The notes under the pieces: model-generated
What the model saw: only the letters and a program-made list of their open reading frames with translations
Told to the model about the DNA's origin: nothing
Database searches by the model: none
Shown here: piece by piece, positions 37,828 to 48,727 of the stretch
Layout: each line of letters starts with the position of its first letter
Numbering within the stretch: position 1 is the first letter of the stretch
Source of the DNA: an uncultured Sphingobium sp.
Lineage (GTDB): Bacteria; Pseudomonadota; Alphaproteobacteria; Sphingomonadales; Sphingomonadaceae
Direction: 5' to 3'
DNA: 64,000 nucleotides
Assembly (NCBI GenBank): GCA_964532255.1
Contig: CAZHGR010000002.1
Location: forward strand, 6,374-70,373
Program-made: the position numbers and the translations under genes

Positions 37828-38510
37828 CACGCTCGGAAGGTGGCGGCCGTGTCCGCGTCCGGTCCGCGCGCGGACGCACCGCGCAATCCACGCGCTGGCT
37901 GGAACGGCAGCTCAACGATCCCTATGTGCGCCGCGCCCGGATGGAGGGCTTTCGCAGCCGCGCCGCCTACAAGCTGATCGAGCTCGACGACAAGTTCGCG
38001 CTGCTCAAGGGCGTGCGCGCGATCGTCGATCTGGGTGTCGCGCCCGGCGGCTGGGCGCAGGTCGCGCGCAAGCGGGCACCGACGGCGGCGGTGGTCGGCA
38101 TCGACCTGCTGCCGGTCGACCCGCTGGAAGGCGTGACCCTGCTGCAGATGGATTTCATGGCCGACGCGGCCCCCGGCCAGCTCGCAGCCGCATTGGGCAC
38201 CGCCCCCGATCTGGTGCTGTCGGACATGGCGGCCAATACCGTCGGCCATGCGCAGACCGACCATCTGCGGACCATGGCGCTCGTCGAGGCGGCGGCGTGG
38301 TTCGCGATCGAGACACTGAAGCCCGGCGGTGCCTTCGTGGCAAAGGTGTTCGCGGGCGGCACCGACGATGCGCTACTGAAAGTGCTCAAGCAGCATTTCC
38401 GCACCGTGAAGCACGCCAAACCCCCTGCCAGCCGCAAGGGGTCGAGCGAATGGTATGTCGTCGCGCAAGGGTTCAAGGGCAAAGCGACCGAGGCGGCGGG
38501 CACAGACTGA
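37824..38510 (+). CDS. rlmE: 23S rRNA Um2552 methyltransferase RlmE
   Basis: [48 protein letters not shown]. Confidence 0.94.
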   Translation: MTRSEGGGRVRVRSARGRTAQSTRWLERQLNDPYVRRARMEGFRSRAAYKLIELDDKFALLKGVRAIVDLGVAPGGWAQVARKRAPTAAVVGIDLLPVDPLEGVTLLQMDFMADAAPGQLAAALGTAPDLVLSDMAANTVGHAQTDHLRTMALVEAAAWFAIETLKPGGAFVAKVFAGGTDDALLKVLKQHFRTVKHAKPPASRKGSSEWYVVAQGFKGKATEAAGTD

Positions 38511-38534
38511 GCCGACGCTCGGCAAACTACCTTA

Positions 38535-39371
38535 TCAGGCAGGCGGCTTGCCAGACCGCGCCTTCGTCACGGCGGCCTTCAGAGCGTCGTAGCCGACCGC
38601 GCCGTTCAGTATCTGATCGCCGACCACGAACAGCGGCGTCCCCCGGGCGTCGAGCGCGCGCGCGAGCTGGATATTGCCGGCAAGCTCAGGGGCCGGGTCC
38701 TGCGACTGCAACGCCTGGTCGACCGCCGTCTTGTCGAGGCCGGCGCTGGCCGCAGCCTTGCGGATCGCCGCCGCGTCGACGCTGCCCGCCGCGTACATCG
38801 CGCGATGAAACGCCGGATATTTTCCCTGCCGCGCCGCCAGCAACCCGACGCGCGCGGCGCGTTCGCTGTCCGCGCTCAGGATCGGCAGCTCGCGATAGAC
38901 GACCTTCAGCCGCTTGTCCTCCGCGAGCAGCCGCTCGACATCCGCCAGTGACGCGCGGCAATAGCCGCAGGCATAATCGAAGAACTCGACGAGGACGACG
39001 TCGCCGTCCGCTGCCCCTTCCCATGCGCCGGCATAAGGCGTCTCTATGGCCTCGCGGTTATCTGTCACCGCGCCCGCAGCGCGCTTCTCCTGAAGCCGCT
39101 CCATCGCCTCGGGGATGATCTCCGGATTGGCGAGGATATAGGCCCGCACCACCGCTTCGATCCGAGCCCGCTCGTCCGTCGGAACCGATGCTGCCGCAGA
39201 GCCGCCATCGGCCTGCCCCGCCAGCGCCGCCCCGCCGATCGCGAGCGCGGCGGCCCCGACCGCCAGTGTCACGCGGGCAGCGCTACCGCCGTGCGGGCCG
39301 GTGCGACTGAAGATGGCGCGTGCCATGCGCTGCGCAGCGCGCAACGACGATGCGCCCGTTGGGCTGGTCAA
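38535..39371 (-). CDS. DsbA family thiol-disulfide oxidoreductase
   Basis: VEFFDYACGYC, YRELPIL, GTP; N-terminal YILANPEII.EA. Confidence 0.88.
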   Translation of the reverse strand: MTSPTGASSLRAAQRMARAIFSRTGPHGGSAARVTLAVGAAALAIGGAALAGQADGGSAAASVPTDERARIEAVVRAYILANPEIIPEAMERLQEKRAAGAVTDNREAIETPYAGAWEGAADGDVVLVEFFDYACGYCRASLADVERLLAEDKRLKVVYRELPILSADSERAARVGLLAARQGKYPAFHRAMYAAGSVDAAAIRKAAASAGLDKTAVDQALQSQDPAPELAGNIQLARALDARGTPLFVVGDQILNGAVGYDALKAAVTKARSGKPPA

Positions 39372-40810
39372 TTGCGTTCCTCCTGATTCGGTCCGGAATC
39401 GCCGTCCCGCGGGCGCTTGCCCTTCCCCTTGCTCGCTGCCCGTTCCATCTCGGCGCGGCTGGCAAGCTTGATATCCTGCGCACGCAGATAGTCGGGCGTC
39501 CCCGGCTTCAGCGTCGCGAGCGCCCGCTGCGCATGGCGCGCGGCTTCGCCATATTGCCGCGACAGGCTCGCCTGCTCGGCGCTGGCGAGCGCGGCGCGCG
39601 CCGTGTCACCCTGGCGCGCATAGACATTGCCGAGCACGAACCAGGCGAAGGGATTGTCGCGGTCGCGGCTGAGCGAGGAGCGAAGCACGCGCTCCGCTTC
39701 CGCCAGATGACTGTTGTCCTCCGTCGCGACCAGGGCATGGCCGAACATGCTGGCGATCAGCGGATTGCCGCCGGTCTGCGCCACCGCCTTGCGCAACGGT
39801 GCCAGCGCCTGCGCGGGGCGCCCCGACTCCAGCAGGATCTGGCCCTTCACCTCCAGAAAATAGGGATCGTCAGGCATTCCGGCGAGCAGCGCATCGACCT
39901 CCTCGAGCGCCCGATCGGAATAGGCACCCTTGTGATAGGCATAGGCGCGGGCATAGCGCGCGGGAATGCTGAGGTCCGACGGCGGATATTTGCGCAGCGT
40001 CACGGCGGGATCGGACACATAGCCTACCAGCTTGGCCTTCACGCGTTCGAAGCGCGCCTCCAGCCGTGGATCGACGGGCCGGTCCCAGGCGGGATCGGCC
40101 TCATACACGTCGGTCAGTACCGAGATGCGCTGGGTCGAAAGCGGGTGCGTGCCGCCATAGCTGTCACTCGCACCGGGGTTCAGCCGGAATTCCAGATTCT
40201 GGAGCTTGCGGAAAAATTCGAGCGAGCCGCGCCCGCTGATCCCCGCCTTGGCGAGATAGCGCGCACCGGCCGCGTCGGCGCTGCTTTCCTGCGTGCGGCT
40301 GAACGCCAGGAACTTGCCCATCGCGGCCTGCTGTCCGGCGGCCATGATGCCCATGCCCGCTTCGCCGCCGCCGGCGGCCATGGCCGCCGCACCGAGCACC
40401 ATCGACAGGAGCGTGACCCCGGTGGCTTCCTTGATGCCTTCCGACGTGCGGATGATGTGTCCGCCCTCGATATGGCCAAGCTCGTGGGCGATGACGCCCT
40501 GCACCTGGTTGAGATTATCCGCCTCCGCCAGCAAGCCACTGTGAATCCAGACGATCTGTCCGCCAGCGACGAAGGCGTTGATCGACGGATCGCCGATCAC
40601 CAGTACCTGGGCATTGGCTGGTGCCAGCCCGGCCGCCTCGATCAGCGGCGCGCTGGCGTCATGAAGTAGCGCCTCGGTCTCCGCATCGCGAAGCACCGAC
40701 TGCGCATATGCGGTCTGAACGATGAAGCATGCGGCCACAGTGGCGATCGCCGCCATCCCGCGTGCCAGCCGTCCGATGCGGGAAGTTCGCCTGTGCATGA
40801 CGAGGGTCAT
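39368..40810 (-). CDS. M48 family metalloprotease with TPRs (BepA-like); start uncertain
   Basis: INAFVAGG, VIAHELGH, FSRTQESSAD, THPL..RI; TPR-like C-terminus. Confidence 0.88.
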   Translation of the reverse strand: MTLVMHRRTSRIGRLARGMAAIATVAACFIVQTAYAQSVLRDAETEALLHDASAPLIEAAGLAPANAQVLVIGDPSINAFVAGGQIVWIHSGLLAEADNLNQVQGVIAHELGHIEGGHIIRTSEGIKEATGVTLLSMVLGAAAMAAGGGEAGMGIMAAGQQAAMGKFLAFSRTQESSADAAGARYLAKAGISGRGSLEFFRKLQNLEFRLNPGASDSYGGTHPLSTQRISVLTDVYEADPAWDRPVDPRLEARFERVKAKLVGYVSDPAVTLRKYPPSDLSIPARYARAYAYHKGAYSDRALEEVDALLAGMPDDPYFLEVKGQILLESGRPAQALAPLRKAVAQTGGNPLIASMFGHALVATEDNSHLAEAERVLRSSLSRDRDNPFAWFVLGNVYARQGDTARAALASAEQASLSRQYGEAARHAQRALATLKPGTPDYLRAQDIKLASRAEMERAASKGKGKRPRDGDSGPNQEERN

Positions 40811-40872
40811 AGCGGCTCCGGCTGAACGCAGGCTGACAAACCCTCGTTCAGCCGGAGACGTCATTATCGCTA

Positions 40873-43554
40873 TCAGGCCCCGAAGGTGCGCTGCCACCAG
40901 CCGCGTCGGGCAGTCGAGTCCCCGCCCTCGGCGTCGTCGCCCGCTGCATCGGTTCCCGAGGGTTCGTCCCCGGTGGGCGCTACGACCTCGGGGGTCGCAG
41001 GGGCGGCAGCCACGGTCTCGGCGGGCATATCAGCCGCCGTCTCGGCCTCGGCGGCGGGCGCCGCGGCCTTGCGAGTGCGACGCTTGCGCGCGGGCTTCTC
41101 CTCGGCGGGAGCCTCTGCCTCTGCCATAGGCTCTTCCGGTGCCGGAGCAGGCCCCTCGGTCACCTCGGCAGCTTCGACGGCGGGAGCCGCATCGGCTTTG
41201 CGGGCACGGGGGCGGCGACGCGCCTTCGGCTTCTCGGGCTCTGCGGGTGCCTCCGGCTCGGCAGGAGCCTGCGGCTCGTCGGCTACTGCCACCGGAGCAG
41301 GCTCCTCCGCTTCGGCAGAAGCGGTGTCCACCGCCTCGGCCGGAGCATCCTCGCCCTCACCGCGCCGCCTGCGACCGCCGCGACGCCCGCGCCGGGTCTT
41401 GCGCCCGGCAGCGTCGGCGTCCTCGCCAGTCTCCACCGGCTGCGGCGCTGCGGCCTCGGCCGGTTGCTCCGCCTCGGCTGCGGCTTCGACGGGCTCGACG
41501 GCAAATGTGCCCTCCTCGCCATCGGTGTCATCCGCGCCCACTGCTTCATCGGTACCGGCTTCGCCGCCCTCGCGACCTTCCTCGGGCCGGCCACGACGTC
41601 CCCGGCGACGACGGCGGCGCTTGCGCCCGCCCTCGCGATCACCGTTGCGGGGCGCTTCGCCCTGCTCACGGCGCGCCGGGCCCTCGGCCGTTGCGGCCTC
41701 CTCCTCGTCCTCTTCCTCTTCGTCCTCGATCTCCTCGATCGGCTCGTCCTCTTCGGCCTCCTCGATCATCGGCAGATAGTCGACGGTGCGCTCAGGCCTG
41801 GGACCACTCGCCTCGACCGACATGCGCGCACCCTCGACCTCGCCGTCGGGCAGGATCGCGATGGTCACGCCATAGCGCCGTTCGATCTCGTCGATTTCGC
41901 GTCGCTTGTTGTTGAGGACGTAGAAGGCCGCTTCCTGGCTGGCGCGCAGCGTGATGATGCTGCCGCGTCCCCGCGCCGCTTCCTCTTCGAGCAGGCGAAG
42001 CGCGGACAATCCCGCCGATGATGCGGTGCGGACGAGCCCGGTACCCTCGCAATGCGGACAGGCGCGGGTCGATGCTTCCAGAACGCCGGTGCGCAGCCGC
42101 TGACGGCTCATCTCCATCAGGCCGAAGCCGGAGATACGGCCGACCTGGATGCGGGCGCGATCGTCCTTCAGCGCCTCCTTCATCGCCTTCTCGACCTTAC
42201 GGATGTTGGAGTTGTGCTCCATGTCGATGAAGTCGATGACGACGAGGCCCGCCATGTCGCGCAGGCGAAGCTGCCGCGCGATCTCCCGCGCCGCCTCGAG
42301 ATTCGTCGAGACCGCCGTCTGCTCGATATTGTGCTCGCGCGTCGACCGGCCGGAGTTGATGTCGATCGACACCAGCGCCTCGGTCGGATTGATGACAAGA
42401 TAGCCACCCGATTTGAGCTGGACGACCGGATGATACATCGCCGCGAGCTGGTCCTCCACGCCGTGGCGCTGGAACAGCGAGACGGGGTCGGCATAAGGCT
42501 TCACCCGGCGTGCGTGGCTGGGCATCAGCAGCTTCATGAAGTCCTTGGCGGCGCGGTACCCCTCCTCGCCCTCGACAATGACTTCCTCGATCTCGCGATG
42601 ATAAATGTCGCGGATTGCGCGCTTGATGAGGTCGCTGTCGTCGTGGATCAGCTCGGGCGCGGTCGCCCTGAGCGTCTTTTCGCGAATCTCGTCCCACAGC
42701 CGCGCCAGATAGTCGAAGTCGCGGCGAATTTCGGTCTTGGTGCGCTGCAGCCCGGCCGTGCGGACGATGCAGCCCATCGTCGCCGGCAGGTTCATGTCGG
42801 CAATGATCGACTTCAGCCGCTTGCGGTCGGCATTGTTGTTGATCTTGCGGCTGATACCGCCACCATGGCTGGTGTTCGGCATGAGCACGCAATAGCGCCC
42901 GGCAAGGCTGAGATAGGTGCTGAGCGCCGCGCCCTTGTTACCGCGTTCTTCCTTGACGACCTGCACCAGCAGGACCTGCCGGCGACGAATGACGTCCTGG
43001 ATCTTGTAGCGCCGACGCAGCGCCATGCGCTTGCGACGGACCTCGTCGGCAGCGGCCTCGCTCTTGTTCTGGCGACCGCCGCGCCGGCCCTTGCGCGATC
43101 CGGTGCCGTCCTCGTCGTCACCCGACGCCTCGGCGTCACCGCCGTTTTCGTCGTCGTCCTCGTCATGGACGGGGCGCTCGACCTCCTCGACGGTTCCGTC
43201 GACGCCATCGGCATGATCGTCCTCGGCATCCTCAACCTCGGCGCGCAGCGCAGCCTCCTCGGCCGCATGCTCCGCCTCCTCGGCGAGCAGCGCTTCGCGG
43301 TCCTGCTGCGGGATCTGGTAATAGTCGGGATGGATTTCGGAAAAGGCCAGGAAGCCGTGGCGGTTGCCGCCATAGTCGACGAAGGCCGCCTGCAGCGACG
43401 GTTCGACGCGCGTTACCTTGGCGAGATAGATATTTCCCTTGAGCTGCTTGTGCTCGGCGGACTCGAAATCGAACTCCTCAATCCGATTGCCCTTGACGAC
43501 GGCGACCCGGGTTTCCTCCCGGTGGCGCGCATCGACCAACATTTTCAGTGCCAT
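40873..43554 (-). CDS. rne: Ribonuclease E
   Basis: GNIYLAKVTRVEPSLQAAFVDYG, KEERGNKGA, IDINSG, VIDFIDM, CPHCEG; disordered Arg/acidic C-terminus ending GWWQRTFG. Confidence 0.95.
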   Translation of the reverse strand: MALKMLVDARHREETRVAVVKGNRIEEFDFESAEHKQLKGNIYLAKVTRVEPSLQAAFVDYGGNRHGFLAFSEIHPDYYQIPQQDREALLAEEAEHAAEEAALRAEVEDAEDDHADGVDGTVEEVERPVHDEDDDENGGDAEASGDDEDGTGSRKGRRGGRQNKSEAAADEVRRKRMALRRRYKIQDVIRRRQVLLVQVVKEERGNKGAALSTYLSLAGRYCVLMPNTSHGGGISRKINNNADRKRLKSIIADMNLPATMGCIVRTAGLQRTKTEIRRDFDYLARLWDEIREKTLRATAPELIHDDSDLIKRAIRDIYHREIEEVIVEGEEGYRAAKDFMKLLMPSHARRVKPYADPVSLFQRHGVEDQLAAMYHPVVQLKSGGYLVINPTEALVSIDINSGRSTREHNIEQTAVSTNLEAAREIARQLRLRDMAGLVVIDFIDMEHNSNIRKVEKAMKEALKDDRARIQVGRISGFGLMEMSRQRLRTGVLEASTRACPHCEGTGLVRTASSAGLSALRLLEEEAARGRGSIITLRASQEAAFYVLNNKRREIDEIERRYGVTIAILPDGEVEGARMSVEASGPRPERTVDYLPMIEEAEEDEPIEEIEDEEEEDEEEAATAEGPARREQGEAPRNGDREGGRKRRRRRRGRRGRPEEGREGGEAGTDEAVGADDTDGEEGTFAVEPVEAAAEAEQPAEAAAPQPVETGEDADAAGRKTRRGRRGGRRRRGEGEDAPAEAVDTASAEAEEPAPVAVADEPQAPAEPEAPAEPEKPKARRRPRARKADAAPAVEAAEVTEGPAPAPEEPMAEAEAPAEEKPARKRRTRKAAAPAAEAETAADMPAETVAAAPATPEVVAPTGDEPSGTDAAGDDAEGGDSTARRGWWQRTFGA

Positions 43555-44008
43555 TTATGTATCTCCGGGCGGACGGCGGAAGAGACCCTGCCCGTTCCGC
43601 GCGCCCGCTATTGTTTGCCGGACGCACCGCGCCGACGGCCGGATCGGCCGTTGGCGACAAGCGCGCCCAGGATGATGACAGATATGTCGTGTGTCTTGCT
43701 GCAGGAGCGCGGTCGGCGCATTCGCCGGTCAGTAAGCCGTCCATCCATGCCCCAGCACGCTGAAAAGCGTGTCTGCGGACGGGGGACGGAAAACTCATGC
43801 AGCATCAACCTGGTGGGTTCAGCCCGCTTGCGGGTGAACATGTGGACCGGCCAACCCATGCACAGCAAATGGTTAATGGATTATGGCCCGTCTGACATCG
43901 CTAGCAGCCATTGCGCTGGCGGGCAACGGGCAATAACACTCCGCAATGATCCCGATCAAACAGCATTTCCATCCCTAGACCGGTCCCGGCGCGGAGCCCG
44001 CCCCACGC

Positions 44009-44869
44009 ATGATAGCTGCATTTCTGGCGCTGATCGCGATTCAGGCGCATGCCGCCGTGCCGCTGCCGTTACCCCCGACCGCGGATGCCGTGGCGCGCGG
44101 TCCCAGCATCTCCATCCCCATCCCCGATGCGGAGCCGGGCATCGCCTTGCCGCCGGTCGAGGGATCGCGCGACGAAGGCCGCCCGCTGGTGGTGATCGAC
44201 GCGGGCCATGGCGGCCATGATCCCGGCGCGGTCAACGGCGCGAACGGATCGCGCGAGAAGGATGTGACGCTCCGCATCGCGCGCGCGCTCCGCGACGAGC
44301 TGGTCGCCGGCGGACGGGTGCGTGTCGCTCTGACCCGTTCGAGCGACCGGTTTCTTGCGCTTCAGGAGCGCTATGACATTGCCCGGCGTCTGGGCGCGAA
44401 CCTGTTCATTTCGATCCACGCCGACGCCGCGCCCAATGACAAGGCGCGTGGCGCGAGCATTTATACGCTGTCCGAGGTCGCCTCCACGCGCGAGGCAGCG
44501 CGGCTGGCGGCGCGCGAGAACCGATCGGACATCATCAACGGCGTCGACCTGTCGCGCGCGCCGTCGAGCGTGTCGTCGATCCTGATCGACCTGACCCGGC
44601 GCGGCACGATGGAGGAATCGGTCCGCTTCGCCGAGATTCTGGAGCGGGAGGCGGGCAACAATGTCCGCTTCCAGCGGCCGGCACGCCATTTCGCCTCGCT
44701 GGTCGTGCTGAAGGCACCCGATGTGCCGTCGGTGCTGCTTGAAACCGGGTACATCAGCAACGCCGAAGACGCGCGCATGCTGGCCAGCCGCGCCGGGCAG
44801 CGCCGCATCGCGCAAGCGGTCGCGCGGGCCGTGCGCGTCTACTTCGCGAAGAGGACCGCAGTGCGCTGA
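44009..44869 (+). CDS. amiC: N-acetylmuramoyl-L-alanine amidase (Amidase_3)
   Basis: VIDAGHGGHDPGA, EKDVTL, FISIHAD, PSVLLETGYISN; divergent from rne and upstream of PBP1A. Confidence 0.88.
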   Translation: MIAAFLALIAIQAHAAVPLPLPPTADAVARGPSISIPIPDAEPGIALPPVEGSRDEGRPLVVIDAGHGGHDPGAVNGANGSREKDVTLRIARALRDELVAGGRVRVALTRSSDRFLALQERYDIARRLGANLFISIHADAAPNDKARGASIYTLSEVASTREAARLAARENRSDIINGVDLSRAPSSVSSILIDLTRRGTMEESVRFAEILEREAGNNVRFQRPARHFASLVVLKAPDVPSVLLETGYISNAEDARMLASRAGQRRIAQAVARAVRVYFAKRTAVR

Positions 44870-44919
44870 CGCACAAAAGCCGTTCCCTCCGCCCGCGAAA
44901 ATGGTCTACACGCCCGACC

Positions 44920-47439
44920 ATGGCCGAAGCGGCAAACACGCGACAAAGTTTTCGACTAAAGCTCAACGGGTCGGACGGAGGGGGACGGTTCCACGCCTTG
45001 TGGGCGCGTCGCCCGGTCCGCTGGCTCGTCTACGCGCTGGGCGCGCTGCTCGCCGGGATCGCGCTGTTCTGGGTGATTTTCGCGCGCGACCTGCCCGACG
45101 CCAAGACGCTGCTCACCTATCAGCCGCCGCTTCCCACGGTGGTCCGCGACATCAACGGCGAACCGATCCACAGCTACGCGCGCGAGCGGCGCGTCCAGCT
45201 TCAATATGCCGACTTCCCGCCGATGCTGATCGCCGCCTATCTGTCGGCGGAGGACAAGACCTTCTTCGAGCATCATGGCGTCGACTTCCCGGGCTTTGCG
45301 GGCGCGGTGTTCGATTATGTCAGCAAGCTGGGCAGCGGCGAGCGTGCCAAGGGCGGCTCCACCATCACCCAGCAGGTCGCCAAGAACCTGCTGATCGGCG
45401 ACGCCTATTCGCCGACGCGCAAGGTCAAGGAGATGATCCTGGCGTGGCGCATGGAGGACGTGCTGACCAAGCAGCAGATCCTCGAACTGTACCTCAACCA
45501 GATATTCCTCGGCCGCAACGCCTATGGCATCCAGGCGGCGGCGCGCGCCTATTTCGACAAGGACGTGGGCGACCTCGCGCTTCACGAAATGGCCTATCTG
45601 GCGATCCTGCCGAAGGGGCCTGCCAATTACCGTCCGGAGAGCGAGAACGGCCTGGCGCGCGCGCTCGAACGCCGCAACTGGGCGTTGGGGGAAATGGCGC
45701 GCAACGGCTACATCAGCGCGGCCCAGGCGGCGGAGGCGCAGACCCTGCCGCTCGGCGCGGTGCGCCAGCGGTCGTCGGGGTTCGAGCGGATCGGCGGCTA
45801 TTATATGGAGGAGGTCCGCCGCCGCCTGATCGACCAGTTCGGCGAAGCCGCCGAGGATGGCCCCAACAGCGTCTATGCTGGCGGGCTGTGGGTCAGGACG
45901 CCGCTCGATCCGTTCATGCAGGAACAGGCGGCAAATGCGCTTCGCAAGGGCCTGCTTCGCTATGACGCGGGCAAGGGCTGGTCCGGCCCCGTCGCGACCA
46001 TCGACAATGTCGGCAACTGGGCGTCCGAACTGGCGGTCAGCAACAAGGGCGTGGATTACGAGGACTGGACCGTCGCGGTGGTCCTGTCGAAATCGGGCGG
46101 TTTGGCCGAGATCGGTCTGCCCGGCGGCCGCACCGGCACCCTGCCCGCCTCCAGCGCGCAGCTTCCCTATCGCCGCCTCGGCGTTCCGGCCTTCGATGCG
46201 ATGAAGCCCGGCGACATGATCGTCGTAAAGCCTGCGGGCGGCGACAGCTACGCACTGCGCAACGTGCCCGAAGTGTCGGGCGGCATGATGATCGAGGACG
46301 TGCATCACGGCCGGGTCTACGCGATGCAGGGCGGGTTCGATTCGCGTCTGTCCTCCTACAACCGCGTCACGCAGGCGATGCGCCAGCCGGGATCGACCAT
46401 CAAACCGTTCGTCTATTCCGCCGCGCTCGATTTCGGGATGACGCCCGCTTCGATCATCATCGACGGGCCGTTCTGCGTCTATCAGTCGGCCTCGCTCGGC
46501 CAGAAATGCTTCCGCAACTTCAGCGGCGGCGGTGCCGGCCCGCGCACGATGCGCTGGGGCATCGAGCAATCGCGCAACCTGATGACCGTCCGCACCGCCT
46601 CGCAAACGGGCATGGAGCGAGTCAACCGCCTCATCAAGCAGGTCGGCATCGGCGATTTTCCGCCCTATCTCGCGTTCGCGCTGGGTGCCGGCGAGACCAC
46701 CGTGGAACGGCTGACCAACGCCTATGCGATCCTCGCGAACAACGGCAAGCGGCTTGTCGCGCGTCCGATGGACTTCGTTCAGGACCGCAATGGCCGTGTG
46801 ATCTGGCCGAAGGACTGGCAGGCATGCCGGGGCTGCAACGCGCCCGACTGGAACGGCAAGGCCATGCCGCGCTTCGCGCATCAGGGCGGGCAGGCGATGG
46901 ACGCACGAACCGCGTTCCAGATGGTCCACATCACCGAAGGCGTCATCACCCGTGGCACCGCGACGGTGCTGGCCGACCTCGAACGGCCGCTGTTCGGCAA
47001 GACCGGCACGACCTCCGGCCCCACCAACGTCTGGTTCGCGGGGGGATCGCCCGACATCGTCGCTGCCGTCTATCTGGGCTATGACAAGCCGCGCAGCCTC
47101 GGCGGCTATGCGCAGGGCGGCCGAATCGCCGCGCCGATCTGGAAGGAGGCGATGAAGCCGATCCTCGAGAAAATGCCCAAGACGCCGTTCGTCGCGCCGC
47201 CGGGTATCCGCATGATCCGCATCGACCGCGTGTCGGGCCGCCGCGTCTACGGCAACTGGCCGGTGGATACCGCCGGCAAGACCGCGATCATCTGGGAGGC
47301 CTTCAAGCCCGAAACCGAGCCGCGGCGGACGATACGCGCCGACGAGATCAAGCCCGAAAAGGCCGCGCAGGGCGGCAGCGGGCGGCGGGTGCAGCAGATC
47401 CAGCGCGACTTTGCCGGCGATCAGGGCGGCATTTACTGA
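44920..47439 (+). CDS. mrcA: Penicillin-binding protein 1A
   Basis: Transglycosylase AEDKTFF, GGSTITQQVAKN and RKVKE; transpeptidase STIK, SRN and KTG motifs. Confidence 0.93.
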   Translation: MAEAANTRQSFRLKLNGSDGGGRFHALWARRPVRWLVYALGALLAGIALFWVIFARDLPDAKTLLTYQPPLPTVVRDINGEPIHSYARERRVQLQYADFPPMLIAAYLSAEDKTFFEHHGVDFPGFAGAVFDYVSKLGSGERAKGGSTITQQVAKNLLIGDAYSPTRKVKEMILAWRMEDVLTKQQILELYLNQIFLGRNAYGIQAAARAYFDKDVGDLALHEMAYLAILPKGPANYRPESENGLARALERRNWALGEMARNGYISAAQAAEAQTLPLGAVRQRSSGFERIGGYYMEEVRRRLIDQFGEAAEDGPNSVYAGGLWVRTPLDPFMQEQAANALRKGLLRYDAGKGWSGPVATIDNVGNWASELAVSNKGVDYEDWTVAVVLSKSGGLAEIGLPGGRTGTLPASSAQLPYRRLGVPAFDAMKPGDMIVVKPAGGDSYALRNVPEVSGGMMIEDVHHGRVYAMQGGFDSRLSSYNRVTQAMRQPGSTIKPFVYSAALDFGMTPASIIIDGPFCVYQSASLGQKCFRNFSGGGAGPRTMRWGIEQSRNLMTVRTASQTGMERVNRLIKQVGIGDFPPYLAFALGAGETTVERLTNAYAILANNGKRLVARPMDFVQDRNGRVIWPKDWQACRGCNAPDWNGKAMPRFAHQGGQAMDARTAFQMVHITEGVITRGTATVLADLERPLFGKTGTTSGPTNVWFAGGSPDIVAAVYLGYDKPRSLGGYAQGGRIAAPIWKEAMKPILEKMPKTPFVAPPGIRMIRIDRVSGRRVYGNWPVDTAGKTAIIWEAFKPETEPRRTIRADEIKPEKAAQGGSGRRVQQIQRDFAGDQGGIY

Positions 47440-47486
47440 GGTCCTATTGGATAAACCGGTCCAAACCGCTATCGCACCAAGCCATC

Positions 47487-47566
47487 GTCATCCCCGCGAA
47501 GGCGGGGATCCAGGGCCACAAGCGTCAATGCCCCTGACTCTGGATCCCCGCCTCCGCGGGGATGAC
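47487..47566. repeat. REP/REPIN-like inverted doublet
   Basis: GTCATCCCCGCGAAGGCGGGGATCCAG...CTGGATCCCCGCCTCCGCGGGGATGAC. Confidence 0.85.
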
Positions 47567-47599
47567 CGCCAGCACTGAGTCCTTCTGGAGAACCGACCG

Positions 47600-48727
47600 A
47601 TGCGCGCCGAAGCGCAAGCCCATGTCGACCGCATTTCGTCCGCGCTTTCGCTGTTGCGCCGTTTCCTTGACTGGGACCGCGCGCTGCGCCGGCTCGACGA
47701 GCTGAACGCGCGCGTCGAGGACCCCACGCTGTGGGACAATCAGAAGCAGGCGCAGGAGGTGATGCGCGAGCGCACCCGGCTCGACAATGCGATCACGTCG
47801 ACCCGCGCGATCGAGACCGAGATGAACGACACGGTCGAGCTTCTCGAAATGGCCGATGCAGAGGGCGACGACGACATGGCGAGCGAGGCGATGGCCTCGC
47901 TGGCGGCGCTGGCCGACCGGGCGGACAAGGACAAGATCACCGCGCTGCTCGCCGGGGAGGCGGACGGATACGATACCTATCTCCAGATCAACGCCGGCGC
48001 TGGCGGCACCGAGAGCCAGGACTGGGCCGAGATGCTGCTGCGCATGTACCAGCGCTGGGCGGAACGGCGCGGCTACAAGGTCGAGCTGGTCGACTATCAT
48101 GCGGGCGAGCAGGCGGGCATCAAATCGGCGACGCTGCTGATCAAGGGCGAGAACGCCTATGGCTATGCCAAGACCGAAAGCGGCGTCCACCGTCTCGTCC
48201 GCATCAGCCCCTATGACAGCTCGGCGCGGCGTCACACCAGCTTCTCGTCCGCCTGGGTCTATCCGGTCATCGACGACAATATCGATATCGAGATCAACCC
48301 GGCCGACCTGAAGATCGACACCTATCGCGCATCGGGCGCGGGCGGACAGCATGTCAACACGACCGACTCGGCGGTGCGCATCACCCACGTTCCCACGGGA
48401 ATCATCGTTGCCTGCCAGAACGACCGGTCGCAGCACAAGAACCGCGCGACCGCGATGAACATGCTCAAGGCGCGGCTCTATGAGGCCGAACTGCAGCGTC
48501 GCGAGGCCGAGGCGTCGACCGACTATCAGGCGAAGACCGAAATCGGCTGGGGCCACCAGATCCGGTCCTATGTGCTCCAGCCCTATCAGCTCGTGAAGGA
48601 CCTCCGCACGGGCGTCACCTCCACCTCGCCCGATGAGGTTCTGGACGGCGCGCTCGACCCCTTCATGGCGGCCGCGCTCAGCCAGAAGGTCACCGGCGAA
48701 AAGGTCGAGGTCGAGGACATCGACTGA
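47600..48727 (+). CDS. prfB: Peptide chain release factor 2 (no programmed frameshift)
   Basis: [21 protein letters not shown] (SPF-type motif), [14 protein letters not shown]; continuous reading frame. Confidence 0.96.
   Translation: MRAEAQAHVDRISSALSLLRRFLDWDRALRRLDELNARVEDPTLWDNQKQAQEVMRERTRLDNAITSTRAIETEMNDTVELLEMADAEGDDDMASEAMASLAALADRADKDKITALLAGEADGYDTYLQINAGAGGTESQDWAEMLLRMYQRWAERRGYKVELVDYHAGEQAGIKSATLLIKGENAYGYAKTESGVHRLVRISPYDSSARRHTSFSSAWVYPVIDDNIDIEINPADLKIDTYRASGAGGQHVNTTDSAVRITHVPTGIIVACQNDRSQHKNRATAMNMLKARLYEAELQRREAEASTDYQAKTEIGWGHQIRSYVLQPYQLVKDLRTGVTSTSPDEVLDGALDPFMAAALSQKVTGEKVEVEDID

Noticed and set aside
40873-41800. Low-complexity Arg/Glu/Ala-rich region
   Set aside because: Known disordered scaffold of alphaproteobacterial RNase E.
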